Part shown: positions 19,108 through 28,420 of the stretch, piece after piece
Numbering within the stretch: position 1 is the stretch's first letter
Layout: each line of letters opens with the position of its first letter
Origin: an uncultured bacterium
GTDB taxonomy: Bacteria; Hinthialibacterota; Hinthialibacteria; Hinthialibacterales; Hinthialibacteraceae
NCBI GenBank assembly: GCA_964449065.1
Contig: CAYVAZ010000003.1
Span: 1 to 47,516 of the forward strand
Direction: 5' to 3'
Length of the DNA stretch: 47,516 nt
Made by a program: the position numbers and the translations under genes
The notes under the pieces: model-generated
Databases searched by the model: none
What the model saw: the letters and a program-made list of their open reading frames with translations, nothing else
What the model was told of the DNA's origin: nothing

Positions 19108-19194
19108 TCCCCGTTCCGTTTTTGGATCGTAGAGTAAGCACGGCGATAAACCTCAGCGAACAAAAGACGTAGCGCTCCTCTTTCTGAACAATCC
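19108..19194 (+). repeat. Family 3 interspersed repeat, copy B
   Basis: Aligns with 16746-16831, for example GAGTAAGCACGGCG...CCTCAGCGAA...CTCTTTCTGAACAATCC. Lies between the NagB-like stop and the phosphohexomutase start. Confidence 0.8.
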
Positions 19195-19369
19195 GTAATC
19201 GAATTGGTATCAGAACCTCGATCTCTTCGGCTGTAAAATATTCCGCTGAAAATTCTATTTTCTTACCGAATCACGCCCCATTCATATATATTCAAATCCA
19301 TTCGCGGTTACAATATGGTTCTTGCGAGACCTCATATTCATAAATCTCACTGTGACCGGAGGACATTCC

Positions 19370-21613
19370 ATGATCGAGGAACTGCTTTCCAAAGCGGAGG
19401 CCGGGATCAAACAATTCTTGCAAACCCAAGAAGATGATTTCAAAGCCGCCAATCCCAAAGGCATCCCCGCATCCGCGGAAGATTATTTTCATAAGGCCCG
19501 CACCAACGTCATCCCCAACATGCGCGGCTGGCTGGAAGATCCGTACATCGACACGTTTTCCAAAAACATCAAAGAGGGAATCCAAGACGCGATTGAGCAG
19601 GAACGCTGGGCGGATTTGGTCGATACCTTCCTGCGCGAAATCAGCTTCGGCACCGCCGGCATCCGCGGCCTCATGGCACTTGACCGTGAATCCATCCTCA
19701 AAATTAAAAACGAAGGCGTCGATGCCCGCATCCTCAAAGGCCCCGCCACGCTGAATGATAAAGTCTTGCTCTTAAAATCCGTTGGTGTAGCCAAATTCGC
19801 GGCAGATAGAGGATTGAATAAAATCGTCATCGGCTATGATACCCGCATCGGAGGCAGACAATTCGCCGAACTCAACACCCGTTTATTTCTCGCGTATGGC
19901 TTAACGGTCTACCTGTTTGACGAACCGTGCCCCTATCCCGAAGTCACCTTCGCCATCCCCGATTTACGCGCGGATATCGGCATTCTGTTCTCTGCCAGCC
20001 ACAACGATTTCCGCTACAACGGTTACAAACTCTCCTGCGGCAACGGCTCACAGTTCAGCCTTGAAGACCGCAAAACCATCGTCAATGATTACATCAATCA
20101 CGCCGCCACTGCCGATATCAAATTAATCGATTTCAAAGACGCCAAGCCCGATCAACTGTGGTTCCTGGGCGGTTCCTCGCCTGTCGAAGGGGGTACATAC
20201 TATGGCCGGGAAGGCAAACTCATCGATATGCACACCCGCCATATCAACCACATGAAGCCGTTTATGTGCCGCCCTGAAATGATTGAAAACCAAAAAAACA
20301 ATCCGAACGCCCTAAACATCGCGTTCTGCGCTTTCCATGGCGCCGGACGAAAGGCCGTGCCGCGGCTGCTTTCCGAAGCCGGGTTTCCCAACATTATCAG
20401 CATCCAAAAACTCAATGAACCCGACGGCATGTTTCCCTGCTTTAAGAGCGACCCGGGACACGAACAGCAGCCCGACCCCAGCGACTACCGCGCCGCCAAT
20501 ATTGCCCTCCAAGCCTTTCAAGAAGAAAACCCCGGCGGGTTGGACAACATGGATATCCTTCTCGGCACCGACCCCGATGCCGACCGCTGCAGCGCCACCG
20601 TCGCCGTCCCGCAAGAGCAGCAGTTTGTCTTCGATGGCGATAGCCACACGCTCATCCCCTCCGACGATCTATGGGCGCTAATTCTCTGGTACCGTTTGCA
20701 GTATGAAGTACAGCAGCATGGAGCCGTCCAAAATCCCGAAAGCAAATTTATCACCCTATCACACACCACCAGCGATGTCCTCACCAAACTCGCCCTCAAA
20801 CACGATTTGGGTGTCATGAAAAGCTGGGTCGGCTTCGCCATGCTGGCCATGTGTGTAAACGAAGTCTGGCAAGGCAACACGCTGCCCCAATTAACCGAAG
20901 GGCGCCCGGACATCACCCAACCCAACTGCCACCCCTTCATGTATGCCTGGTGGAACATGGACAACGGCAAACGCAGCTACAATATGGCCAATATGGAACA
21001 AAGCGCGGGCTTCTCTATCTTGGGCGGCAAACCGAAAGACGCGGTGTCTCTTGGAGAAGGCGGCCACGTGCGCGACAAGGATGGTGTATTCGCCTCCTTG
21101 CTGCTTGCTGAAATCGCTGCTTATGCCAAGCAGGAAAGCAAAACCATCTTCGAGATGATCGACGAACACATCTTCCTAGACCCCGATGTCGGATACTTCC
21201 TTAACTATTACGAACCCGACCCGCTTGACGGCGAGTACGACGGCTTGCAGGGGTATGTTAAAAAACGCGAAGTCATCAAAGCCATGTTAAATCTGCGCGA
21301 TCAATGCGAATCGGAAAGCGTTTCGCTTGCGGGGATGGAAGTCAAAACAACCAGCACGTTCTGGACCGGCAAGTACGATGCCGCCAACTTTGACGGCTTT
21401 CCCGATGAAGGCATACGTTTCTATTTCGACGAAGACCGCTGGAACTACCTGACTTTCCGCCCGTCCGGTACCTCCAACGCGTTGCGGTTCCATCTGCAAC
21501 TGCATGAACCAAATGCAACCAAAGAAACCCTGCCGCAAATCAAACAGGATTTAAAAGACAAAGCGGTAGCGGCGATCAAAGCCTTGCGCGAAATCGTAGG
21601 GGCGGTTGAATAG
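19370..21613 (+). CDS. Alpha-D-phosphohexomutase family protein (phosphoglucomutase/phosphomannomutase-like, long form)
   Basis: Active-site loop SASHNDFRYNGYK (variant of T/SASHNP) and metal loop GTDPDADR. Start set at ATG 19370, six nt after GGAGGA. Confidence 0.8.
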   Translation: MIEELLSKAEAGIKQFLQTQEDDFKAANPKGIPASAEDYFHKARTNVIPNMRGWLEDPYIDTFSKNIKEGIQDAIEQERWADLVDTFLREISFGTAGIRGLMALDRESILKIKNEGVDARILKGPATLNDKVLLLKSVGVAKFAADRGLNKIVIGYDTRIGGRQFAELNTRLFLAYGLTVYLFDEPCPYPEVTFAIPDLRADIGILFSASHNDFRYNGYKLSCGNGSQFSLEDRKTIVNDYINHAATADIKLIDFKDAKPDQLWFLGGSSPVEGGTYYGREGKLIDMHTRHINHMKPFMCRPEMIENQKNNPNALNIAFCAFHGAGRKAVPRLLSEAGFPNIISIQKLNEPDGMFPCFKSDPGHEQQPDPSDYRAANIALQAFQEENPGGLDNMDILLGTDPDADRCSATVAVPQEQQFVFDGDSHTLIPSDDLWALILWYRLQYEVQQHGAVQNPESKFITLSHTTSDVLTKLALKHDLGVMKSWVGFAMLAMCVNEVWQGNTLPQLTEGRPDITQPNCHPFMYAWWNMDNGKRSYNMANMEQSAGFSILGGKPKDAVSLGEGGHVRDKDGVFASLLLAEIAAYAKQESKTIFEMIDEHIFLDPDVGYFLNYYEPDPLDGEYDGLQGYVKKREVIKAMLNLRDQCESESVSLAGMEVKTTSTFWTGKYDAANFDGFPDEGIRFYFDEDRWNYLTFRPSGTSNALRFHLQLHEPNATKETLPQIKQDLKDKAVAAIKALREIVGAVE

Positions 21614-21738
21614 ATGGCTCAGCCCATCACCCACGAAGCGGGCCTTGGGAGGACGAAACTCCCGCAAAGCCGGAAGTACCGTTCGATTGCATCAGTATAA
21701 TATCAGATTATAGTTCCAACCGTCGTACCTGCGTACCA

Positions 21739-22323
21739 TCAGTTATCTATATCCAAAACATAAATCACATGTTTGTGAAACCCCTTGGATATCCATCCTT
21801 TATAAGCAAGGGTCACGTTCATCTTCGAAAAACGTGCTTCCCACTCTTCCGTCGTACAAAAACGCAAACCGGTTGCCATCCGGGCATGGCTGCGCAAACC
21901 GTTGACCAGATTGTCCGCCAAAAAAAGCATAGCCCGCCCGACCTGAAAACGATAGACAGACTCTGTGATGATCAGCCGCTTCCGTGTAACCCGCAACGCT
22001 TCCGATAGAACACGTTCCGGATTGGTACAGTGGTGCAAAATCAATAGCAGCAAACTGGTATCAAATCGCTTGTCTTTAAAGGGAAAGGTTTGTCCATCAT
22101 ACAGGATTAATGGCAGCTCGGTTTGATTAAAGTCGGCGACATCAAGCAAATAAACGTCCCGGTGCGGCGCGGCGCTCGTTATCATACTCCCGGTCCAGCC
22201 CTCGGCCGCGCCGATATCCAGAACAACGTTCCCTTCGATAAAGGGACGCACAAAGGAAAAGTTATGCTTTGCCCTGCGGCGCAGGAACTTCATTACGAAA
22301 GTTTCAGCCTGTTCCATCGTCAA
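21739..22323 (-). CDS. Class I SAM-dependent methyltransferase
   Basis: Motif I VLDIGAAEG, an acidic residue in LLDVAD, and a Methyltransf_11-like length. Confidence 0.65.
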   Translation of the reverse strand: MTMEQAETFVMKFLRRRAKHNFSFVRPFIEGNVVLDIGAAEGWTGSMITSAAPHRDVYLLDVADFNQTELPLILYDGQTFPFKDKRFDTSLLLLILHHCTNPERVLSEALRVTRKRLIITESVYRFQVGRAMLFLADNLVNGLRSHARMATGLRFCTTEEWEARFSKMNVTLAYKGWISKGFHKHVIYVLDIDN

Positions 22324-22354
22324 ATTGTCTTTTCATTATGGTTTCACCTCGTTT

Positions 22355-22443
22355 TACCGTTTCCCTTTGGATTATAGAATAAACGCGGCGGCAATCCTCT
22401 GCGAAAGAAAAAAGTATCGGGAAGACCCACTATCTGGAATGCC
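22355..22443 (+). repeat. Family 3 interspersed repeat, copy D (3' half diverged)
   Basis: TACCGTTTCCCTTTGGATTATAGAATAAACGCGGCGGCAATCCTCTGCGAAAGAAAAAAGT aligns with copy A. The 3' arm CTATCTGGAATGCC is a degenerate CTTTCTAAACAATCC. Confidence 0.7.
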
Positions 22444-22533
22444 AACTCCATCGTACCGGCCGCTGAGATAGAACGCCTTGCCTGCCGGGTCATTCAAACT
22501 GCAAGCATGATTCCCTGTTCGGAGGAACATGGT

Positions 22534-23958
22534 TCAACCATCCTTATGAGATTGATTGTTTCGATACAGCAAAACACAAGCCGTCAATCCAATCACGCAT
22601 AGCGAAAAAATAATTCCGTTTGGAGTGCGTCTTGTCCATTCGGTCCACGGAAACGGAAATTGAAAGAACGCGTAATTCAATACGAAGAAGATCCAAGCGT
22701 TAAACAACAACGCATATCCCATCCATGGTTTGGCAATGGTTGTCTTATCTTGTCGGATAAACCAAACCGCCATGCCTAGGGCCAACAAAAGTGGAATAAC
22801 AAAATATAGGCTCCAACCCAAAGAGGCATTTATCATGCCTTCGTTGTAGACCAATTGCCGTACGGTCTTTCCCGCAATAGGAAACAGGGTCACCGGAAAC
22901 AGGATCAAGAATGGCCATATTCTTCCCCGCGCAGCCGCTGCAATCGGAATCAAACCCAAGATCAAGCCATGGTCATAAAACATATCCACATATCCGATGG
23001 CTCTAAATTCAACAAAAAATAGCAGCACAAGATGAATCACCAGCAATATCAAAGATATGTCGATTGGAAGCGCGCCCTCCCGGTTTGGATCTACATTGGT
23101 GATTTTGCGTTGGTTCAGCCACAACCCCAACCCCAAAAACGCGCCCATGATGGCACCGAATGTGGTTTCCATCCAGTTCCACCAGTTCATGTATTGATCC
23201 CACTGCTGCCAGATTCCTTGACCGAACATCTCCCGGTTCCACGCATGAAAGGCTTGCAAACTTTGCCCCGCGGGAAAACCGGCCGCTCCACCGATCAAAC
23301 CCCATAACCCCAAATTAAGCGCGAGCCAGTCTCTTTTGAATACGCTCACATAGAACAAAAGCACCAAATAAGCGAACACCATACCGCCCCATACTTCCGG
23401 TCTGGGCTTTAAATCGGATCCCGGTTCCCAATACCAATCATCCGAAAAATAGATTTCAGGCAACCGTCGAACATAGGGTTCAAACGGGGAATTGAGCACA
23501 TATCCGCCGAGAAAAAATGCGGCGATCAAAACCAGCATAAGTTTCACGACCGATTCCGTTTCATACCGTTTCCCGCCAAGACCCATGCCCAAAAACACAC
23601 CGGCAAAACCAATCCACATCCCCCCTTTGACCGCCAAACCAAGCAATCCCCAGCGCAGTGCTTCCCAATTGCCAACCAGAGGCGCGTCATGCGTGAGCCC
23701 AACCGTTTGCCCGTAGGTCATCGATCCACCGAAGCCCATCGCAATTGTGCCCCACGCGACGGCGCGCCCGGCGGTCGAAAGATTGAGTTTGGGTGCAAGC
23801 AGATATACAAGAGTTAATGAAACCAAAAGACCCGCAATCATCGCCCCGGTCTCATGGCCGTATTGCCCGCGAATGCCCCACGCCATACCGCCGGCCATCG
23901 CCGCGAACAAGACCGGCTGCCACCATGTTACATTGTTATACTCAGTAACTGTCTGCAT
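22534..23958 (-). CDS. Polytopic integral membrane protein, Trp/Gly-rich, unknown family
   Basis: 474-aa ORF with about 12 hydrophobic segments. No motif that I recognise. Confidence 0.6.
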   Translation of the reverse strand: MQTVTEYNNVTWWQPVLFAAMAGGMAWGIRGQYGHETGAMIAGLLVSLTLVYLLAPKLNLSTAGRAVAWGTIAMGFGGSMTYGQTVGLTHDAPLVGNWEALRWGLLGLAVKGGMWIGFAGVFLGMGLGGKRYETESVVKLMLVLIAAFFLGGYVLNSPFEPYVRRLPEIYFSDDWYWEPGSDLKPRPEVWGGMVFAYLVLLFYVSVFKRDWLALNLGLWGLIGGAAGFPAGQSLQAFHAWNREMFGQGIWQQWDQYMNWWNWMETTFGAIMGAFLGLGLWLNQRKITNVDPNREGALPIDISLILLVIHLVLLFFVEFRAIGYVDMFYDHGLILGLIPIAAAARGRIWPFLILFPVTLFPIAGKTVRQLVYNEGMINASLGWSLYFVIPLLLALGMAVWFIRQDKTTIAKPWMGYALLFNAWIFFVLNYAFFQFPFPWTEWTRRTPNGIIFSLCVIGLTACVLLYRNNQSHKDG

Positions 23959-24120
23959 AATTGTGATTCCTTCTTCTTAGTAGGATCCCATCCTGGACCG
24001 GTCAAACGTTCCCGGCTGCCTTTGCGTCCTGAATTGGATGCGGCAATACCGAAAGGCGTTCATTTTCTCCCCACACGAATGGATAGGCTAGTACAGTGTC
24101 AACGTTTTATTGACGGGTAT

Positions 24121-24161
24121 CGATCCCCCCTAGCCCCCCTTAACAAGGGGGGAAACAACGG
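24121..24161 (+). repeat. G/C-hairpin repeat (family 2), copy X
   Basis: CGATCCCCCCTAGCCCCCCTTAACAAGGGGGGAAACAACGG. Identical at 40 of 41 nt to the reverse complement of 39008-39048. Stem CCCCCCTT/AAGGGGGG with a 4-nt loop. Confidence 0.9.
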
Positions 24162-24353
24162 ATAGCCAGCCGCCATTTTTTGATTGACAGACTACTAGAG
24201 CGTTTCAGAGTTGAATAGCCGGGGAGCATCGGCTTCCCGCCGGTACATTTAGGTGCATGTTGTACTTCTACGCAAACCGGAATTGCTCCAATGATAAACA
24301 AGAATAAGTAAGAAGGCTACAGTTCCAAACCGAATTGTGAGAGAGGAAATAAC

Positions 24354-24386
24354 AAAAAGGCGGCTCGATTGAACCGCCTTTTAAAA
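24354..24386 (-). terminator. Rho-independent (bidirectional) terminator after the beta-helix gene
   Basis: GGCGG (24359-24363) ... CCGCC (24374-24378), flanked by an A-run on one side and a T-run on the other. Lies 28 nt beyond the stop at 24406. Confidence 0.7.
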
Positions 24387-24405
24387 ATACAATCACTAAG
24401 AAATC

Positions 24406-25881
24406 TTAGTAGAGCATAAATTCAACAACACCTGTGCCGCCGGATTGTACCGCGCCAATGTCAGTGCCATCGGTTGCCGCGCCCAAAGCCGGGCTGCCGT
24501 CTGCCAGCGCAAACGTGGTTGTATCCGCATACATAGGATCACCGGTAATCGTACCGGTATCGCTGCCGATATCAAAGTTGCCTGTGCCATTGTTGAAGAA
24601 CAAGCAGTTTTCGATGTTCAATGTCAATTCGGCTTCGTTGCCGCTGCCGACGTAACTCAAGGTAGAAGAATCGCCGGAAATACCGAACGCAACATTGTTT
24701 GAGAAGATGGAGTTTGCGATAGTTACCGTGCGTGGACGGGTGTTACTGTCAACAAGCCGTACCCCGGTTCCGTTGCCGTCAAATGTGCAATGTTCAATGG
24801 TCACATCAGGATCGTTTCCGTCGTTGGTGATGATGATTCCGGCGCGGTTTTCAAACTCAAGCGCCCCATCGGAACCGATATTCGAGAAGATAGAATTGCG
24901 AATGGTCAAGTCTCCGGTAAACCCGCTACGTCCGCGAACACGAACCCCGCCGATCAAATCATCCACATTCAAATCGGGCGCGTTTTGCAGGTTGCGGAAC
25001 ACACAGCCATCAATAACTTTGGTACCGGCGCCATCCACGTTTAGCACACCACCGCTATAGTTTTCAAAGACACAATTCATCATGGTTTGATTGGTTACTT
25101 GGTTTTCCGGTGAACGGGCGCGAAGCCGGGTGATGCTGTCGCCGACATTCGTGAAGGTACACCCTTCAAACGTGAACGAATCCACAATCCCTAACGGCTC
25201 ATTGATTCCATGATAGTAAATGAACGTGTTAGAGAACGAACTGCCGTCTTCCAACTCGCCATCAAATGTGCAATCTTCAAACACGGCGCTGTTGCCGGTT
25301 CCGTCAAACAATTGGGCAACACCATCGCTGTTGTTGAAGTTAATAAAATCTTCTTCGGGATTGGTGGTGTTGGGTTTAAACAATACATCCCGAAATGTCA
25401 TATCCTTGGCCTGACCGTTGAGGCCGTAAGCGCTTCCACCGGCCGGTTGGCGGATTTCCACGTTTTCAATCGTGATCCCTTCACCAAAGAAAGCAATGCC
25501 GGCATTAAAGTTATCGCCCGGATCGTTTTCAAACACGCCATAAGCGGTCAAACCAGCACCGTCAGCTTTACCAATGGTCGGCTTATCGCCCACGCCGCGA
25601 ATGGTGATCGGGTCGCGGTTTTGTTCGACCAACTCGGTGATAAAGTTGCCGGAAGCGGAATCAATCGGGGGCAAGCCGCCAATGACGATTTGCTCATCGT
25701 AATCGCCGCCATCGATAATCTCGATGACATCCGGCTCTCCGTTGGTTGGATTGATGGAATCAATCGCAGCCTGTACGGAAGTGAAGTCCGCGCCGGAAGC
25801 GCCGACTGTCACGGTTTGTGCTTGAGCGTTCATGCCAAAAGCCAATGACGCCAAAGCAAGGGTTGAAAATAATTTTTTCAT
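24406..25881 (-). CDS. Secreted right-handed parallel beta-helix repeat protein
   Basis: Signal peptide MKKLFSTLALASLAFGMNAQA. Repeated N/G/T-rich beta-helix turns (IENCxF, IxNSIFSN, FxGCTF). Start moved to ATG 25881, nine nt after GGAG; the ORF-track ATG 25890 abuts the SD. Confidence 0.7.
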   Translation of the reverse strand: MKKLFSTLALASLAFGMNAQAQTVTVGASGADFTSVQAAIDSINPTNGEPDVIEIIDGGDYDEQIVIGGLPPIDSASGNFITELVEQNRDPITIRGVGDKPTIGKADGAGLTAYGVFENDPGDNFNAGIAFFGEGITIENVEIRQPAGGSAYGLNGQAKDMTFRDVLFKPNTTNPEEDFINFNNSDGVAQLFDGTGNSAVFEDCTFDGELEDGSSFSNTFIYYHGINEPLGIVDSFTFEGCTFTNVGDSITRLRARSPENQVTNQTMMNCVFENYSGGVLNVDGAGTKVIDGCVFRNLQNAPDLNVDDLIGGVRVRGRSGFTGDLTIRNSIFSNIGSDGALEFENRAGIIITNDGNDPDVTIEHCTFDGNGTGVRLVDSNTRPRTVTIANSIFSNNVAFGISGDSSTLSYVGSGNEAELTLNIENCLFFNNGTGNFDIGSDTGTITGDPMYADTTTFALADGSPALGAATDGTDIGAVQSGGTGVVEFMLY

Positions 25882-25983
25882 GTAAGACATCTCCTTTAAT
25901 AAAAAATAGTTATGCTAAGAAGCATGATAAACTCTAATTGGGATTTTATCAACCGTAAACGCGGTATCCATGTTAAAAAATGA

Positions 25984-27975
25984 TTAGAAATAGCCTAAAC
26001 TGCGCAATTTTTCTTCCTGTGCGGGATCAATCTTGTCTAGAATAGAAGTTTGCCCGGCTTTTTGACGCAGCCAATCTTCCAATTCTTTCGCTAGACTTTT
26101 CGCTTCTTCTGGAAGTTCTCCTGGAAGTTCTGCTGGCGACAATCTGGAAAGAATATTGGTTTCATCGTATGGTTCCATTGCATTTTCAAATGGATAATAT
26201 TTCGTGTAATCCCATAAATTACTCTCCGGCTCAAACGCGGCAGCCACATGCAATGCTTTGCTGTTATTGATCCCTTTTGCGGCTTCAATTTGGCTGCCTG
26301 CTACCTTCCGCTCCCCCACACCGGCATCTTGGTAAGGACGGTTGGCAATGGTTTCAAAATCATTCAGCACCTGTGCTTGCTTGCCCACCAACTCCACTTG
26401 ATCAATGTAGGCATCCAACCGCGTTTGCCCCGGTATTCCGGCAGCGTCAACCGCCACGCTTTCCAATACAATATGTTCAAACTTCCACCCCTGCGTTTTC
26501 CCATACGAAACCGCCCGCTCATACAAATCCGGGCTTGCCACCGGCGTCCATCCCGGGTTCGCTTCCCGTACATCATCCACCGGATGCACTTGATGGATTG
26601 CCTCCAACCCAAAGCGGCTGGTGCGCACCATGATGGTAGGAAGGTTTGCTGCCGTACTTGTGTCGTTTGTGTTGAACGTTTCACCGGTGTGAAAGCGGAT
26701 ATGGGCTGCCAGTTCGATGGTGGGATCACCCTTCACCCATGCCTGCAAAAAGCATGAATCCGTCAGTTCTACTTGAACAGACCGCCCTACCAAAACAGGC
26801 GAGCGCCGGTGAAAGCGTTTGTCGATGAACCGCCCTTGCGAAATTTCCGCCCCAAACACCTTATTCGCGTCGCTACGGTATTCGTCCTCTGTTTCCAGCA
26901 AGGCTGTACGCGAAGAGCGGTCTACATTCGGATCAAACCAACGGTCGAGCGCAATGCCTTCTATATTCATCGGGGCGGAAATCCCGCAGGTAGAGAGTAT
27001 TGTCGGCGCGACATCAATCCCTTGCACCAATTCGCTAACCTCGGTTCCGGAATGCTCTCCCTCCGGCCACCGGATCATAAACGGGATGTGCATGCTCTGC
27101 CCGTATAAATCCGCCCCGTGAAAATAGCGTCCATGTTCTCCCAAATTTTCTCCATGATCGGCTAAGGTAACGATCATATTTTTTTCATCGTCATTCACGG
27201 CATCAAATCCTTGAATCAACCGTCCGATGTGATGATCCATATACTCTACTTCACCCAGATACAGCGCGCGCAAGCGCTGCAAATCGGCCTCACTGACTCC
27301 CTGCCCCTTTGACGCCACCATCCGCGAAACCTGATCCGCGCTGCCGTCTATGTTTCCGCTGTATCCTTCCGGGCCGTACCGGTCATATTCGGCAGGAGGC
27401 TGATAAGGCGAATGCGGGTCATAATAATGAACCCACAGAAAAAACGGTTCATCGGCGGTCCGCTGCCGCAGCCATTCCAAAGCCATGTCGGTTGTATCTT
27501 CGGCGGAGCGTTCGGCCTCGGTTTGCGCCGAATCACTCAAATCTTCATACACATCAAATCCCTGATCGAGACCGTATAACTTATTCAATACCACGGCGCT
27601 TAAAAACGCGGCGGTTGAATACCCCTCCATTTTCAGCGTTTCCGCAATGGTTTCGTTTTCTTTGGCGACCAAATCCTTCGCGAAGCGCACCCCGGTCGAG
27701 CGCGGCAATCGGCCGGTAAGTATCGATGTGTGCGACGTGAGTGTCGCGGGAATATTGCACGCGGCGCGGCGGTATAGGGTGCCATCCCCGGCGAGTTGGT
27801 CCAAATTGGGGGTATGGGCAGCGGGCAGCGGCAGATCATAACAGTTCAAGGCATCCGCCCGTACCGTATCGATCGTAATCAGCAGCACCCGCTGCACGGG
27901 GTATTCTTTTGCACCGCATCCCATGAAACAGAAAACAATAAGTGGAAACAAAAAGTAAATCCGGGATAATACCAT
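25984..27975 (-). CDS. Sulfatase-like (alkaline-phosphatase superfamily) lipoprotein with an uncharacterised C-terminal half
   Basis: LLITIDTVRADAL metal site and IPATLTSHTSILTGR. This is the Thr-type nucleophile context, not the C/S-x-P-x-R FGly motif. Start set at MVLSRIYFLFPLIVFCFMGC (lipobox). Confidence 0.75.
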   Translation of the reverse strand: MVLSRIYFLFPLIVFCFMGCGAKEYPVQRVLLITIDTVRADALNCYDLPLPAAHTPNLDQLAGDGTLYRRAACNIPATLTSHTSILTGRLPRSTGVRFAKDLVAKENETIAETLKMEGYSTAAFLSAVVLNKLYGLDQGFDVYEDLSDSAQTEAERSAEDTTDMALEWLRQRTADEPFFLWVHYYDPHSPYQPPAEYDRYGPEGYSGNIDGSADQVSRMVASKGQGVSEADLQRLRALYLGEVEYMDHHIGRLIQGFDAVNDDEKNMIVTLADHGENLGEHGRYFHGADLYGQSMHIPFMIRWPEGEHSGTEVSELVQGIDVAPTILSTCGISAPMNIEGIALDRWFDPNVDRSSRTALLETEDEYRSDANKVFGAEISQGRFIDKRFHRRSPVLVGRSVQVELTDSCFLQAWVKGDPTIELAAHIRFHTGETFNTNDTSTAANLPTIMVRTSRFGLEAIHQVHPVDDVREANPGWTPVASPDLYERAVSYGKTQGWKFEHIVLESVAVDAAGIPGQTRLDAYIDQVELVGKQAQVLNDFETIANRPYQDAGVGERKVAGSQIEAAKGINNSKALHVAAAFEPESNLWDYTKYYPFENAMEPYDETNILSRLSPAELPGELPEEAKSLAKELEDWLRQKAGQTSILDKIDPAQEEKLRSLGYF

Positions 27976-28092
27976 AACCGTTTCGAATCCTTCGCTCCTA
28001 ATCACTTTGAATTTAAAGTACCTTATAAGATATCCTGCGTTTTCGCAATAGAGTAACGAAAACAATCACTATACCGGAAAAGGAAAAAACCA

Positions 28093-28386
28093 ATGTACGT
28101 TGTTGCCGTTCAATTCAATATTAAACCCGAATATGTAGAGGAATTCGACCAAGCCGTTCGCATCCAAGCCGACAACTCGCTTAAAAATGAAGAGGGATGC
28201 CATCAGTTTGATGTGAACCGCGACCCGGAAGACAAAACCAAGTATTTCTTATACGAAGTTTATACCGACGCAGGGTCGTTTGAATATCACCGTTCCACCG
28301 GTTATTTCGCCAACTTTGCAGAAAAAGTAAAAGACTGGGTTGCGGACAAAACCCTGAATTGCTTTGAAAAAATTCATCCGGAATGA
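28093..28386 (+). CDS. Antibiotic biosynthesis monooxygenase (ABM) domain protein
   Basis: 97 aa with ferredoxin-like ABM pattern (VAVQFNIKPEYVEEF...CHQFDV...YEVYTD). Confidence 0.75.
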   Translation: MYVVAVQFNIKPEYVEEFDQAVRIQADNSLKNEEGCHQFDVNRDPEDKTKYFLYEVYTDAGSFEYHRSTGYFANFAEKVKDWVADKTLNCFEKIHPE

Positions 28387-28420
28387 GTCGTATCCTCATT
28401 TCAATCATTGGTAGAAATAG

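Noticed and set aside
25984-27975. Annotating the 663-aa lipoprotein as a genuine arylsulfatase.
   Set aside because: The formylglycine-generating C/S-x-P-x-R signature is absent and the nucleophile position looks Thr-type. Only the superfamily-level call (sulfatase-like, alkaline-phosphatase fold) is justified.
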